NCBI GenBank assembly: GCA_002104905.1
Contig: MCFE01000009.1
Location: 201,036-265,035 of the forward strand
From: Basidiobolus meristosporus CBS 931.73
Taxonomy: Eukaryota > Fungi > Basidiobolomycota
DNA: 64,000 bases
Reading direction: 5' to 3'
Shown here: one piece after another, positions 46,594 to 56,980 of the stretch
How positions within the stretch are numbered: the first letter of the stretch is position 1
Layout: the number at the start of each line of letters is the position of its first letter
The notes under the pieces: generated by a model
What the model was told of the DNA's origin: nothing
The model's database searches: none
Seen by the model: only the letters and a program-made list of their open reading frames with translations
Translations under genes and position numbers: made by a program

Positions 46594-48180
46594 TTGTTCA
46601 TGCCGAGCGACATGAATTCTGAGAAAGCCACCACCCATCGCGAACAGAAGGGCCTTCTGGGCAAGGTCTGGAAAAGATTATGCGCCCCCGGGAAACATTA
46701 TGCCGTTCGTGCAGCAGCAGTAACCCAGTCAGTTACCATTGACAAGTCGGAGGCAGTGACCGTAATCGGGGAGATTTTGCCAGCCAAAACACCTCTACCA
46801 GAGTCGGACTCTCGCAGTGATATCGTGTTTGAAGATCAGAAGCAAATCTCCATGGGATCTCGCTTTTTTGACTACATCACCAGCTTTGCCGGGTCCCGTT
46901 TCACATTCATCGTGACACTCTCGGTCTTCTTCGGGTGGGGAATAGCTGGTATTGTTCTCGGTGCGCCACAGAACTGGCAGATCGCCATGTCGGATGGTGG
47001 TTCCATTCAGTGCTATATCTCCGACTCACTGCTCATGCGCCAACAGCAAAACCAATGCACCCAGTTGTTGACCATCATAGCTCAGTTGCGCTCAAGAAAC
47101 AAGACATTCAAAAGGCTGTTGAGTAACCCAGAGATAGTCAGAAAAATCCAAGAGTTGAAGAGCCAAAATCTTCAAATGCCCCAGGACCATATTGGTAATG
47201 GCGCCAAACTCCCCTTGGAAGGCTGGTTTGACAAACTCTGCAGCTGGGTCTCATGGCTCATCGGGTCGATCTATTCCCAAGTATTCTACTGGGTTGCTAT
47301 TTTCGTCTGGATTGGCTGTGGTTATATCGACGATTGGAGTAACTTGTGGCAACTCTACATCAACACTGCCTCCGCTGTCCAGCTTAGCTTTACCTCTATG
47401 TTCCTGCAACACACCAGACGAATCCACATGGAATATTTCGAAAAATGCCTGAAATCAGTGGTCGAGGCGGATTGTGAGGTGGAGAGTCTCCTGCGCCAAG
47501 TCACCACTGACTCCGAGTTAAACCCGATGATTGAAATCCAGCCCCTCAGAACCGGGTTTGGGGTCAGAGCCATTGACTACTACGCAGATCTTGTTGGTTC
47601 TGGCGTGGGAGCCTTCATCTCCACCTGCGTCTTTATCGTCTGGCTGGCCATCGGAAATGTGATGGACTGGAACTCCAACTGGTGGCTTATTATTGGTACA
47701 TACACCGGTTTGATCGGCTACATCGATGGATTTATGTTGCGAAACGTGTATTTCCGTCAAGACACCATTATCAACCAACAATTCCAAGAGCTAATCGACG
47801 AAGACTATGAGATCTTCCAAAAGCTCAGCGTAGAGGTTCCAGAAGAGCGCCTGGTCGACGACAAGTCTCTGATCTACAAGATGAGCCACTTCATGGGCGT
47901 TGTTTGCTCACATCCCTGGTCGGTCTTGAGTTCGGTTCTTATCACAATTGGTTTGATCTGTGTTGCGAGTGGAATGCTCTGGAATGAAACCGGTCAGTTA
48001 ATCTGCAACACGCCGACAATGATTATCGAAGGTTTCCTGTTCAACGTGCTGATCCAGGCCCACAATGTGGCCGACACCAAGAGACGTGTCGTGATTCACA
48101 ACGTTCTCCTGAGAAGACTCAAACTGCTTCAGTATGTAAGACCACTTAGTGATGACTGCGAGAAGAAGTTGGTCGAGTAG
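46594..48180 (+). CDS. FET4: Low-affinity iron permease, Fet4 family, copy B (protein identical to copy A)
   Basis: Same 528-aa translation as 37775-39361; only a few synonymous differences seen. Confidence 0.88.
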   Translation: MFMPSDMNSEKATTHREQKGLLGKVWKRLCAPGKHYAVRAAAVTQSVTIDKSEAVTVIGEILPAKTPLPESDSRSDIVFEDQKQISMGSRFFDYITSFAGSRFTFIVTLSVFFGWGIAGIVLGAPQNWQIAMSDGGSIQCYISDSLLMRQQQNQCTQLLTIIAQLRSRNKTFKRLLSNPEIVRKIQELKSQNLQMPQDHIGNGAKLPLEGWFDKLCSWVSWLIGSIYSQVFYWVAIFVWIGCGYIDDWSNLWQLYINTASAVQLSFTSMFLQHTRRIHMEYFEKCLKSVVEADCEVESLLRQVTTDSELNPMIEIQPLRTGFGVRAIDYYADLVGSGVGAFISTCVFIVWLAIGNVMDWNSNWWLIIGTYTGLIGYIDGFMLRNVYFRQDTIINQQFQELIDEDYEIFQKLSVEVPEERLVDDKSLIYKMSHFMGVVCSHPWSVLSSVLITIGLICVASGMLWNETGQLICNTPTMIIEGFLFNVLIQAHNVADTKRRVVIHNVLLRRLKLLQYVRPLSDDCEKKLVE

Positions 48181-50121
48181 AGTGCCCAGCTGAGAAACTT
48201 CCATATGTGTATATAACTTAGAGTGAAAGTTATTCTTTATAGATCCATGTTTGTTAATAAATCCAAATTTCATCGAATAGAATCTCAGATACTCCATTGG
48301 CACGAGCTCATGTTGGACGCGGATCAGAAATTCATCCTCCAGCATCACTTGATATTAGGGTCAAATAATTTTGAATTCGGCTGAATGGCCATGTATTGCC
48401 ACAACGTGAAGATTTTACTGCTTGCTAAGTTCAGCTTGGCATTGGATGGAAAGCAACCTATCTTTTTTGTGGAAGAAACTTGGAGGTAAAACCACCAGGG
48501 GCTTGTCCAATTTGTATTTGATATATTAGTATGGGGCACAACAAGGCATGCGAATTTGGTGAAAATAGAAGTTAGTAGCATACTTGCTTGGCAAGTATTT
48601 CAATTTTGCCTAGGGGTATGTGTTTGATCAATGGAACCTGATAAAATGGGCCCCAGATATTTTGATGAAATATTCCACCAATAAGCTAGCAAACAATTGA
48701 AAAAATTACTCTCAGATTTGTGAACTATAATCCAAGTGACTTAGTCCAGTGAGTATTTTGGTGTAATTAAAAATACATGACACTCCCACAAAATCAAATA
48801 TTCCTATTAACTAGTCCTAATTGTGATCCAGATATTCAAATTTGTCTCTAGCTTATGGTTTGGTAAATATATATGCAATCATTCTATCTATGGGCCTGTA
48901 AGCTAAGTTAGCTAACCTACTCTCTATGGCTTCTTCTATGAAAGGATGACTAATATTTATATGCTTAGTTCTAGCACAAAACATTGGATATCTATTTAAT
49001 TGTATAAATCCTGAACATCTTAAAATGATTTGGCAGGGGCTACTTGTTGTAAGCCTAAATCTTTGAAAATCATTCTTTTATAGCCTCATAGGCTGCCGTA
49101 TATTCTGGCTTGGTGGTGGAAAGTGCTATTATTGGTTGATATCTCAAAATCCATGAAATTGCTCCTTTACAGTAAAGAAAGCTTGTTGCATCCAAGAGAA
49201 AAGTGCAATAAACTCCTGAATGAGTTAACTGAACCTAAGTGACAACTAAGTGCAGAATCTTTGAGTTGACAAGAGTAACAGAAATATTAGCAGAGACGTT
49301 CTGGTCAAATGTTGGTCTTTATATGGCTGGGTTAGACTACAAAGGCAACAGGGTTGGTTTGTTATGCAGGCTAGGCTTGGCGTTCTTAGGAGTACTAGAT
49401 ATGCTAGACTTGGGTGGAAACTAGAATGTGTTGTAAGAGTGTTGGAGATATTGAAAGTGGTTGGGAGAACAAGTAGATTATGTGGTTTTCACTTAATGAT
49501 TTCTTGAATGTAAAAGTAGTATTTATACTTTTACCTGGTCTTGGCATTACAAACACATAGAATACATTAAGGAAGGTCCCGAGAACATGTGTGCAAAGTT
49601 TGGGGCTGTTTGGGCAACTTTGAGAATTTTCATGTTCTGGGTACCTGGTATTTTGGTAAAAATATTCTAAGTAAATGCCGCCAAGGAATTTGGTCAGTAT
49701 TCTCTAGGATATGAAGATAATGATTTAAGTGACCAACTTAGGTGAATATTTAGGTGGAAATACAAATTTTTATAAGAGAATGGAATTGTTGAATTTGTAA
49801 TTTTGCTGAGGCACAATCTTAATTTCATTGAGGCACACACTGAGCCAAAGGTTCAGTAAACTTTATATATATTTCTCTGATTAAGTCAAATTAGTAGGCA
49901 CCAAGAGACCAGACAAATTGAAATCTGATGGGGTGTTTATTGGTGGATAGGATAAATGAGAAATTGTATCATCAATCAGCTGATGTCTTGGCAACTGCTA
50001 AGTGGTTGGATAGATCTTAGCTGACCAATCACTTGGAAAGGCTTAGCAGATCAGTCAAGGATATATTGACCACATGAAAATTGATTAGTTGTGACAGCTA
50101 AAAATAGAATCTAAGTGATAA

Positions 50122-50208
50122 GGGGGGAAGACAGTCACCAACAGGTGAAATCTTTATTTCAGTTGAAACAAAGAAGCCAGCGCTACTGTTGTAGCTTTGA
50201 TACAAGAG
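50122..50208 (-). mobile_element. 87-bp 3'-terminal fragment of the LINE at 50731-52861
   Basis: Near-identical to 50731-50817, then switches to GGTTAGGG. Confidence 0.85.
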
Positions 50209-50730
50209 GGTTAGGGGGGGGAGGAAAGTCACCAAGTGGTGAAATCTTTATTTACTTATGACAGGTATCTAAAGAAGCCAAGTTAATCTGAAGTAATTCC
50301 TAGAAAGCTAGGTCTGAGAGATATCTTCCTGGTAAGCCAGGTTTGAGAGTTGAGAAGCTGAGTGGTACTATATTTCCTAGTTAGCTAGGTCTGAGAGAGG
50401 TTTCCTGGAAAGCCAGGCCTGAGAAGTGAGAATCTGAATATATCTGAGCTAAGTTATACTGGTTTGCGGTAGCTGAATTGTGGCCGGAATGGCCAGTAGA
50501 CTAGGGGAACTGAGATGAATTTCTGGGCAATCACTGGCCAAATTTACTAGGCAAATCTGACCAATTAGCATTTCAAGGATTTCAGCCAATCAGAGCCTTT
50601 ACTTTGCCCAATGGTTGATCAAGCCATCTCCCAATGAGCACACATCAATTTATTAATCAAATTTTGCTGGATCCAGGATTTGAACCCACAACCATGGGTA
50701 TGGAAGGGTTAGGGATATCCACAAGGCTTA
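50209..50730 (-). mobile_element. SINE-like element with tRNA-Gly(TCC)-derived head and LINE-type 3' tail
   Basis: Minus strand from 50730 reads TAAGCCTTGTGG...CTTCCAT...GGGTTCAAATCC. G18G19, U33-TCC-A37 and G53-T54-T55-C56-A58-C61 all fall in tRNA register. Internal ~80-bp duplication (~50305-50440). The 3' end shares AATAAAGATTTCACC..GGTGAC..CCCCCCCTAA with the LINE. Confidence 0.65.
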
Positions 50731-52861
50731 GGGGGGGAGACAGTCACCAACAGGTGAAATCTTTATTTCAGTTGAAACAAAGAAGCCAGCGCTACTGTTG
50801 TAGCTTTGATACAAGAGTGTGTAGCTGAGGGGAATTTGTAGGTAAGTTAATAAGAAGTGATGATAGTTCTTCAGTGCTCAAGACATTGTTCAGTGGGAAG
50901 GGGGGTAGCAAGAGAGGTAAGAATGACTTGTGAACAACATTAATGAGGGGAATGTGATAAGGATTGATATTCATCATAAAGGGAGTGTGCTGCTGCAGAT
51001 ATTGCTGCCAAAGGTCTGTCAAGTACTTCAGGTAGGCCAGCTTGGGTTTTTCTGACTGCAGAATAAATTCAGCAAACTTCTTGACTTCAGGATCTCCAAG
51101 TATAGCTCTCCAGCAGGAGCCAGGTGTTGTGTGGTGTGTTCCCTTCCAGGCCTTAATCAGTGGGTTGTTGCAGTTGTGAAGTCTGAGGTATAATCTGGTT
51201 CTAAGGTAGAGAAGTCTGATCTTATAGGGCATGAACCCAAAAGCACCAAGAATAGCATGTCTGTAGGGGCATTCAGGCAAATGAGGCACCAAGGAGGTAA
51301 TGCACCATTCTGCAAACTTGTCAAGCTTAGTGCAGTCTCTAGAAGTAAGAGAGAGAAGTGGTAAGCCAAATTCCAGGACAGGGAAGACAAACTGCTTGAG
51401 TAGAAGAAGGCAGCTGGGAGCTGAAGTTGTAGGAGGAGTAACAGCCAGTAGCTTGTGGAGTGCCTGTCTTGCTAGGATAATTCTCTTCTTCAGGTGTGCT
51501 CCAGAGTCTAGTCCAGTAGGAAGAAAAGGAAAGCCAAGATATGTAGGAGAAACCTGAGCAGGTAGAGTGGAGTTCTCCAAGTTGATGGGAGAGCCCAAAG
51601 GTACTGTCTTTGCAATGGAAAGCTGAAGATTATTCTTCTGCAGATACTGGTGGATGGTCTGGGAGTCTTGTTGCACATTGGAGGAGGATATTCTGATGTC
51701 ATCAGCAAAGAGAGTAACCAGGCAGTCAGCTGAGAGTCTTGGGAAATCATTCAGGAAAATGGCAAACAGTATAGGGCCAAGCACAGAGCCTTGAACCACT
51801 CCATTAGGAACTGAGAACACAGCTGATTGCTCACTTGGGTGCAGAATTCTTGCTTGTGGATCCAGAAACAGAGACCTGACAAGGAGGGTGAGAGAGGTAC
51901 TGGAGAAGCATTGCAACTTGGACCAAAGCAGATTTCCGTCAACTGAATCAAAGGCCTTAGTAATATCAAACAGAACAGAGGGATACTTGCACTGGAGAGA
52001 GTGATCTTGGCTAAGTATGACTGCATATTCCAAGGAGAGGCCAGGAACAAAGCCAAACTGTGCAGGATGAGACTTGAGGGAGTCAGAGTAGAGCTCCTGA
52101 GCAAGCAGAAGCTCAAACACCTTTCTGCAGGTGGGCAGCAGAGATATTGGCCTGTAGGAGCTAGGATCCAGGTGCTTTCCTTTACCCTTGTACAGTGGCA
52201 GAACATTTGCAAAGGACCATTCCTCAGGAGTAGAAAGCTGGGCTGAGCATTGCTGAAACAGTGGAAGCAGAAGTGCAGACATGGCCTTGGTACTAGTCTT
52301 CAGAAGCTCATAGGAGATTGTGTCCACACCTGGAGCAGTAGAGTTGGGAAGCCTCTTGAGCACATTATGGATTCTCCCTTGATCAAGTGCAAGTGGGATG
52401 GGCAGAGTCTTGAAGTCAGGATGAAAGTCAGGAGTTGAGTACTGCTTTGTAGAGAAGAAGATGTTAGCCAGCTGTTCTGTTGAAGGTAACTTCCTGGAAG
52501 AGGGCCTCATTGCCCTGTAGAGTCTTGATACTGTTCTTGTTATAGAGTTGGAAGATTGCAGAGGCAAAGAACTCATAATATGATCCCAGAGCTGAGTATG
52601 AAGAGTGTGGTGAATTGCCTTGGAGTGGTGTATGGCTGTCAGGAGAAGTTTCTCTGTTTTTGGGTTAGGGAAACTCAGGTAGCTTTGTTGCAGGGCTGAA
52701 ACAATGGATTCCCATTTTCTTGAGGTAACAGCAGTAGTCTTGCATGGCAGTGAGAGGGAGGCAGACACCAGAATCAGATGCTTCACAAAGAGCCAGGCAT
52801 AGTTGAGATCATCTGGCAGAGAAAGTAGCAAACTGGCAAGCTTCAAGTAGTTCCCAAAGTC
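50731..52861 (-). mobile_element. Non-LTR retrotransposon (LINE-type RT), lacking the endonuclease region; ORF 50792-52846
   Basis: APGVDTI, YRPISLLP, QFGF, FDITKAFDSVD, GVVQGSVLGPILF, LFADD, YLGF and thumb FPVLEFG. The N-terminus resembles the post-APE linker (DDLNYAW..). It is bounded 5' by (CCCTAA)2; no CCHC or PD-(D/E)xK seen. Confidence 0.92.
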
Positions 52862-52873
52862 TTAGGGTTAGGG
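52862..52873 (+). repeat. (TTAGGG)2 telomere-like seed; further seeds at 50208-50216, 50706-50714, 50728-50733, 55897-55902, 56337-56342
   Basis: Read directly. All are G-rich on the plus strand, and all but 50706-50714 sit at element junctions. Confidence 0.8.
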
Positions 52874-52915
52874 TGTAGGTGTTATAGTAAGGGCTAGGAA
52901 ATGGTTAGAAGAGCA

Positions 52916-52982
52916 GGGGGTCTGGGGGACGCAGTCCCCTAGAGAATAAAAAAGCAGGGGGTTTGGGGGATGCAATCCCCCA
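52916..52982 (+). other. Pair of GCA-triloop hairpins with four G5 tracts (also 56386-56452)
   Basis: GGGGAC-GCA-GTCCCC and TGGGGGAT-GCA-ATCCCCCA, each preceded by AGCAGGGGGT(C/T)T. Confidence 0.8.
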
Positions 52983-53511
52983 TACTGCTCCCATACTCTT
53001 TAAATTCACGTTGGGTTACTTTTCTCTCATTCTTGGTTCTGGTCCCTTAGGGTTAGAATTCTTCCTCCTAACCCTTATCACCCTAACCATAAATATTTTT
53101 ACCCTACAATTGGCACATTGTCTGCTCATATAGTGGGCATGTCTGGGCCAATATTTGTCTCCCTATACTGTCCATATACTCTGTATAAGTCTTGATGACT
53201 ATTTAATTAATAAATTGTTACTTTTAATGTATATCTAATAATTAATGGGATTCATCCCAATCTGGCCACAATCCCATATTTTGATAAGCTTCAGGCACCA
53301 TAAATTGCGCGGCCCTAATATGATAAAAAAATTCATGGCCAATACAAATTTTCTGTAACCCAATTGCTTTTACCAAATATAAAGTGTATCCCAAAGTTCA
53401 ATATATATTATGGCTATAATAGAAACTTTATTTGACACCATCGCAACTACTACTTATGTTCTATGCGCACATGTATCCCGCGGGAATTGTAAAACTTAGC
53501 CACGTGGTACA

Positions 53512-54212
53512 AAAGTGCTTTTATTTTTCATCATGATAGTTTTACATGAGTTCCTAACGCACTTTGAAAGTACGCAGTAGCCATACCCCAACAGGTTTTA
53601 AGGATGTCCACTAGCTACATCTACTTGTGTCTAGCAGGGAGCCATCAATCATCAGCCGCGCAATACTGAAATGCTTTTATTTTTCATCATGCTAGTTTTG
53701 TATGAATCCCTAACGCACTTTCATAGTGCGCGGTAACCATACCCCAACAGGTTTTAAGGATACCCACTTGCTACGTTTACTTGTGTCTAGCGGGAGTCAT
53801 CAATCATCAGCTGTGCGGTAATAAAGTGCTTTTATTTTTCATCATGATAGTTTTACATGAGTCCCTAACGCACTTTTATAGTGCACGGTAACCATACCCC
53901 AACAGGTTTTAAGGATACCCACTTGCTACGTTTACTTGTGTCTAGCGGGAGTTATCAATCATCAGCTGCGCGGTAATAAAGTGCTTTTATTTTTCATCAT
54001 GATAGTTTTACATGAGTCCTTAACGCACTTTCATAGTGCGCGGTAACCATACCCCAACAGGTTTTAAGGATACCCACTTGCTACATTTACTTGTGTCTAG
54101 CAGGAGTCATCAATCATCAGCTGCGCGGTAATGAAGTGCTTTTATTTTTCATCATGATAGTTTTACATGAGTCCCTAACGCACTTTTATAGTGTGCAGTA
54201 ACCATACCCCCA
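53512..54212. repeat. Tandem array, ~155-bp unit, ~4.5 copies
   Basis: Unit starts at 53512, ~53668, 53823, 53978 and 54133 (AAAGTGCTTTTATTTTTCATCATG...). Confidence 0.92.
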
Positions 54213-54669
54213 GAAAGTAGTGTGGATGCTTACTTTAAACGCTCACTTGTGTATTGTACGGACTATCAACAAACAGCCACGTGGGAATGGAACATCATTG
54301 AAAAGCATTGCTTTGTTGTTAGCAAGTATTGATGCGCAAAGAGTGGTACTATGTGAATTATTGAGTAACTATTTACTCTAGTTGGTTCCAAGATATTCCT
54401 AGACAATATGCTCAAAATCAATATTAGCATCAATAGCTTGCTCTTTGATCACTAAACCACCGCACCCAATATGCGGTGGCCTTGGTTTTGTCTAGCCGTC
54501 AAGGAATGAAACCAGAGTACAGTCACAAGAGAGGCAAAAGTGAAATGTGATGAAGTAAGTGTATATGAAAGTAATATAAATCTACAGGACAGAAGAGAAC
54601 AACTAGTAGTTAAACAGCACTCACTGACACTCCACCAAGTAGAGCACCAACACGGACAATAAACAAGTC

Positions 54670-55131
54670 ATGAGGGGAAAGCTTAAGGACCACTACTTGG
54701 GGATCAAGACCAAAAGAGGAAGCTGCCTCTACCATAGCAGTCCTTGCGCTCCAAAGGAAGACCAAGAGTCTATTATAGACAAAGATAGTGGCGAGAAGAG
54801 CAGTACAATTACCAGTTCTGGTAGTGGTACCTTTGGAAGTCCCAAATACCTGGAGAAAACTCGGAAAAAATTGGCAGATGACTCAGTTGTTGTGAGGAGA
54901 AAACAAACCAATGCAATTGAGCAGTTCCAAAACGAACTTCAGCTTAGTTCTTCTTTGCCTCACTATAAAGTACTCCAAGTGGCTTATTTGGATTATAAGC
55001 GTATGAAGGAGAATCAGGCAGAGACTGATAAATTAAGTGATAGTCAATTGCATCACTTCTTAGATCAGGTAGAGAAACAGTCGCACAGCCAAGAGACGGA
55101 ACAAGAATTGACAATTACAGAAACCAAATAA
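54670..55131 (+). CDS. Hypothetical 153-aa protein (unit copy 1)
   Basis: ATG-initiated ORF, also open in copy 2; no recognised domain. Confidence 0.4.
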   Translation: MRGKLKDHYLGIKTKRGSCLYHSSPCAPKEDQESIIDKDSGEKSSTITSSGSGTFGSPKYLEKTRKKLADDSVVVRRKQTNAIEQFQNELQLSSSLPHYKVLQVAYLDYKRMKENQAETDKLSDSQLHHFLDQVEKQSHSQETEQELTITETK

Positions 55132-55363
55132 TTTTGCCATTGTAGTTTTGCATTTTAATAAAATAAAAGGGTGTTAATAAGAACAGAATAAAGTTAACTT
55201 ATGTGTACATCAAATGATTCAAATACTGGCTAGATGGATGTTACGTAGGAGCAAGAAGCTCAGTAACCTCAAAGGAAAGATATGATGAATGGGCCACCAA
55301 CATCATCCAAATGAGTATAAAAGTGGAGAAAGTAGACATAATCCTTCATAAAAAACAAGAAGC

Positions 55364-55900
55364 ATGGAAGCAGGCAGTAGCCGGGTAGATGCCAGGAGTG
55401 AAGGTAGAGTACAAAGAAAGCAAGGAAGGGGACAAGGATGCGGAAGAGGACGCGGAACCGGGCGCGGAAGAGGAAGAGGGCAAGGAAGTGGCCAAATCCA
55501 AGAGGAGCGTGAAGGAGGTGTTGCAGCAAACATGGATGATGCTGAGCAAGTTGCTGTAGTCACTACCAGGCGGCCGGTCAACCAAGTTTCCCAAGCATTG
55601 TCAGAGGTTCAACAAGAGCTTCCGGAATATAGGACAACATTGCACCATGAGATATTGCGACGTATGTGCCAGGAGATTAAACAGAGGAGGGGTGATATTG
55701 TAAAGCTAAATCGGGATATTGCTGGACTTCAAGCCCAGATTGATTTCAGTTTCCACCATTCTACTGAGGCATTAGTGGCACAAATGGTGGAAAAGTTTGC
55801 CTGCATCAGGGCAAGCGATGAGCAGGGTGCATCTTCCAACCCAGGTGTACTTGCAAGCAACAGTATTGGAGAGGATACTACTTCCTCCCTCAAACCTTAG
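55364..55900 (+). pseudogene. RG-rich/coiled-coil ORF truncated by the retroelement junction (copy of 58522-59307)
   Basis: Matches the 261-aa ORF up to ...TTSSL and ends at a TAG supplied by the TTAGGG junction. Confidence 0.55.
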
Positions 55901-56336
55901 GGGAGGGAAAGTCACCAAAGTAGGTGAAATCTTTATTTGATTTCAGACAAGTCCAACTACAAATAAAGAAGCCAGCTGGGAATAGAAGATTCCCAAAATA
56001 AACACTAAGTTGAATATGAATAAGTCTAAGCTAAAGTTAAGGCAGTATCCCAGAGTACACTGGAGTTCAGGTTCATGGGGGAGTGAAGTAGATAAGCTTG
56101 AGAAATATAATAATCTTTTAAGAAGTGGGTAACAGCAGGTGAAGGGGAGTTTTTGATAAGTGAAGTGAATCTTGAGATCAGAGATTCCTCTAATGAGAAG
56201 GTCTTGTAAACTGGAGAATCAGGAAACTCTTTGAAGGCATGGTCAGTAGGTTCCCAGTAAAACTGGTCAGAGACATTTTGAGAGAATTGTTTAGCAATAC
56301 TTTTGTCAAGTACTACCTCCAGAGTGTGATGGTTGA
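55897..56336 (-). mobile_element. 3' fragment of a second, divergent retroelement family member
   Basis: Same terminal motif (TTAGGGGAGGGAAAGTCACC..GGTGAAATCTTTATT..AAAGAAGCCAG). The minus strand has an ATG-less ~100-codon open frame (INHHTLEVV...WDTALTLA*) cut at CCCTAA. No CpG seen. Confidence 0.65.
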
Positions 56337-56980
56337 TTAGGGTGTAGGTGTTATAGTAAGGGCTAGGAAAAGGTTAGAAGAGCAGGGGGTCTGGGGGACG
56401 CAGTCCCCTAGAGAATAAAAAAGCAGGGGGTTTGGGGGATGCAATCCCCCATACTGCTCCCATACACTTTAAATTCCCATTGGATTACTTTTCTCTCATT
56501 CTTGGTTCTGGTCCCTTACGGTTAGAATTCCTCCTCCTAACCCTTATCACCCTAACCATATATATTTTTACCCTACAATTGGCACATTGTCTGCTCATAT
56601 GGTGGGCATGTCTGGGCCAATATTTGTCTCCCTATACTGTCCATATGCTCTGTATAAGTCTTGATGACTATTTAATTAATAAATTGTTATTTTTAATGTA
56701 TATCTAATAATTAATGGGATTCATCCCAATCTGGCCACAATCCCATATTTTGATAAGCTTCAGGCACCATAAATTGCGCGGCCCTAATATGATGAAAAAA
56801 ATCATGGCTAATACAAATTTTCTGTAACCCAATTGCTTTTACCAAATATAAAGTGTATCCCAAAGTTCAATATATATTATGGCTATAATAGAAACTTTAT
56901 TTGACACCATCGCAACTACTACTTATGTTCTATGCGCACATGTATCCCGCGGGAATTGTAAAGCTTAGCCACGTGGTACA

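Larger units (their letters stand above)
29540..48400 (+). repeat. Tandem segmental duplication: copy A ~29540-39560, copy B ~40225-48400
   Basis: Collinear homologous blocks (AGGGGCTAA.CCAAAAGC, CTCCACGACGTGGTCCCTG, RdRP 5' part, GCGGACTCAAACTCCAATCAACTGGCCTC, Fet4) in the same order and orientation; non-coding parts clearly diverged. Confidence 0.85.
52868..55896. mobile_element. Large repeat unit, copy 1 (right-truncated); copy 2 starts at 56337
   Basis: 52868-55896 is collinear and highly similar to 56337-~59054 (offset 3469 before, 3158 after the tandem array). It breaks off at ...AAACCT|TAGGGG. Confidence 0.9.

Noticed and set aside
50665-50737. Functional tRNA-Gly gene
   Set aside because: Acceptor stem cannot pair (5' strand is C7) and the anticodon and T stems are mismatched; treated as a SINE head.
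52662-52670. GGGTTAGGG inside the RT ORF as a junction
   Set aside because: Lies in frame within coding sequence (FPNPK) with no break in the ORF.
50792-52846. RT as Penelope-like (Athena/Coprina), telomerase, group II intron or retron
   Set aside because: Motifs (YRPISLL, KAFDSV, GVVQGSVLGP, FADD) are typical of LINE-type non-LTR RTs.
53512-54212. 155-bp array as CRISPR or coding repeat
   Set aside because: No spacers and no sustained ORF through the units.
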